Virus record (IMG/VR): IMGVR_UViG_2778261527_000008
Length of the DNA: 35,461 bases
DNA from: a virus
Taxonomy: Duplodnaviria; Heunggongvirae; Uroviricota; Caudoviricetes
Strand: one strand, 5' to 3'
Shown: positions 35,190 through 35,461 of the stretch, piece by piece
Numbering within the stretch: position 1 is the stretch's first letter
Layout: every line of letters begins with the position of its first letter
Notes under the pieces: generated by a model
The model's input: only the letters and a program-made list of their open reading frames with translations
Told to the model about the DNA's origin: nothing
Database searches by the model: none
Translations under genes and position numbers: made by a program

Positions 35190-35461
35190 TACTTCTTGCT
35201 GATAAACTCTTTAGCGATAAAGTTGATTACTTCTTTCAGCTTCTTGTCTGTATCGATGCACGCTGGTAATTCTTCTTTAATATCCTGCGGCAGATACACA
35301 TTCCCTTTAAAGTGGAGGAAACCATCATTACCAATCATGTAGGAGAACATCCATTCACAATCGTTATCCGCTTCCCAGAACGCCACGGTCTCATCGTCAA
35401 TCAAGGTAATGTCCATGTTGCGACGTGCTGCGTAGTTGATGATTGCTTTACCGATGTTCAT
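35189..35461 (-). CDS. hypothetical protein (start coincides with window edge; may be N-terminally incomplete)
   Basis: 90-aa ORF whose ATG is the last three bases of the window. Confidence 0.35.
   Translation of the reverse strand: MNIGKAIINYAARRNMDITLIDDETVAFWEADNDCEWMFSYMIGNDGFLHFKGNVYLPQDIKEELPACIDTDKKLKEVINFIAKEFISKK

Noticed and set aside
1-35461. CRISPR arrays, tRNA or rRNA genes
   Set aside because: No regularly spaced identical repeats with unique spacers; no cloverleaf-compatible sequence with a T-loop GTTCRANYC motif found by eye. A tRNAscan/Infernal run would be needed to exclude tRNAs formally.

Overview
The window is phage DNA, by gene content a temperate lambda-like siphovirus, abutting an enterobacterial hicB-like gene. 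All calls are from reading the sequence and the supplied ORF track; no searches were run. Left to right: (1) the 3' part of a HicB-like antitoxin ORF that diverges and stops early at about nt 334, where base composition drops, so a host/prophage junction is likely; (2) a secreted DUF1311/LprI-like moron on the minus strand; (3) a noncoding stretch with a cos-like palindrome and a Nu1-like small terminase; (4) an unusual ~6.2 kb accessory island separating terS from terL, with small membrane peptides, three leftward genes, a ~1.2 kb noncoding control region carrying two iteron-like repeat families and UUCG hairpins, an acidic protein, a Rha-type antirepressor and two small putative DNA-binding proteins; (5) a late operon: GpA-family large terminase, gpW-like protein, portal, one ORF fusing HK97-type prohead protease + acidic scaffold-like linker + major capsid protein, head-tail adaptors, a fiber cassette (tube-fold anchor candidate plus a 1176-aa side fiber with C-terminal intramolecular chaperone domain), major tail tube protein, G/GT-type chaperones with -1 frameshift geometry, tape measure, gpM/L/K-like tip proteins and a 1258-aa J-like central fiber with a lambda-J-like C-terminal receptor-binding domain; (6) a lysis region with an M15-family endolysin; (7) on the minus strand, a large serine recombinase flanked by secreted and small membrane proteins. 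The most striking signal: both the capsid gene and the tail tube gene end in UGA-A followed by an in-frame ~40-codon extension encoding an acidic Pro-rich linker and a conserved basic tail (AKATAK..RK.K), each followed by a near-identical terminator. This is a paired candidate for programmed stop-codon readthrough that would decorate head and tail with the same cationic peptide. No tRNA, rRNA or CRISPR array was seen.
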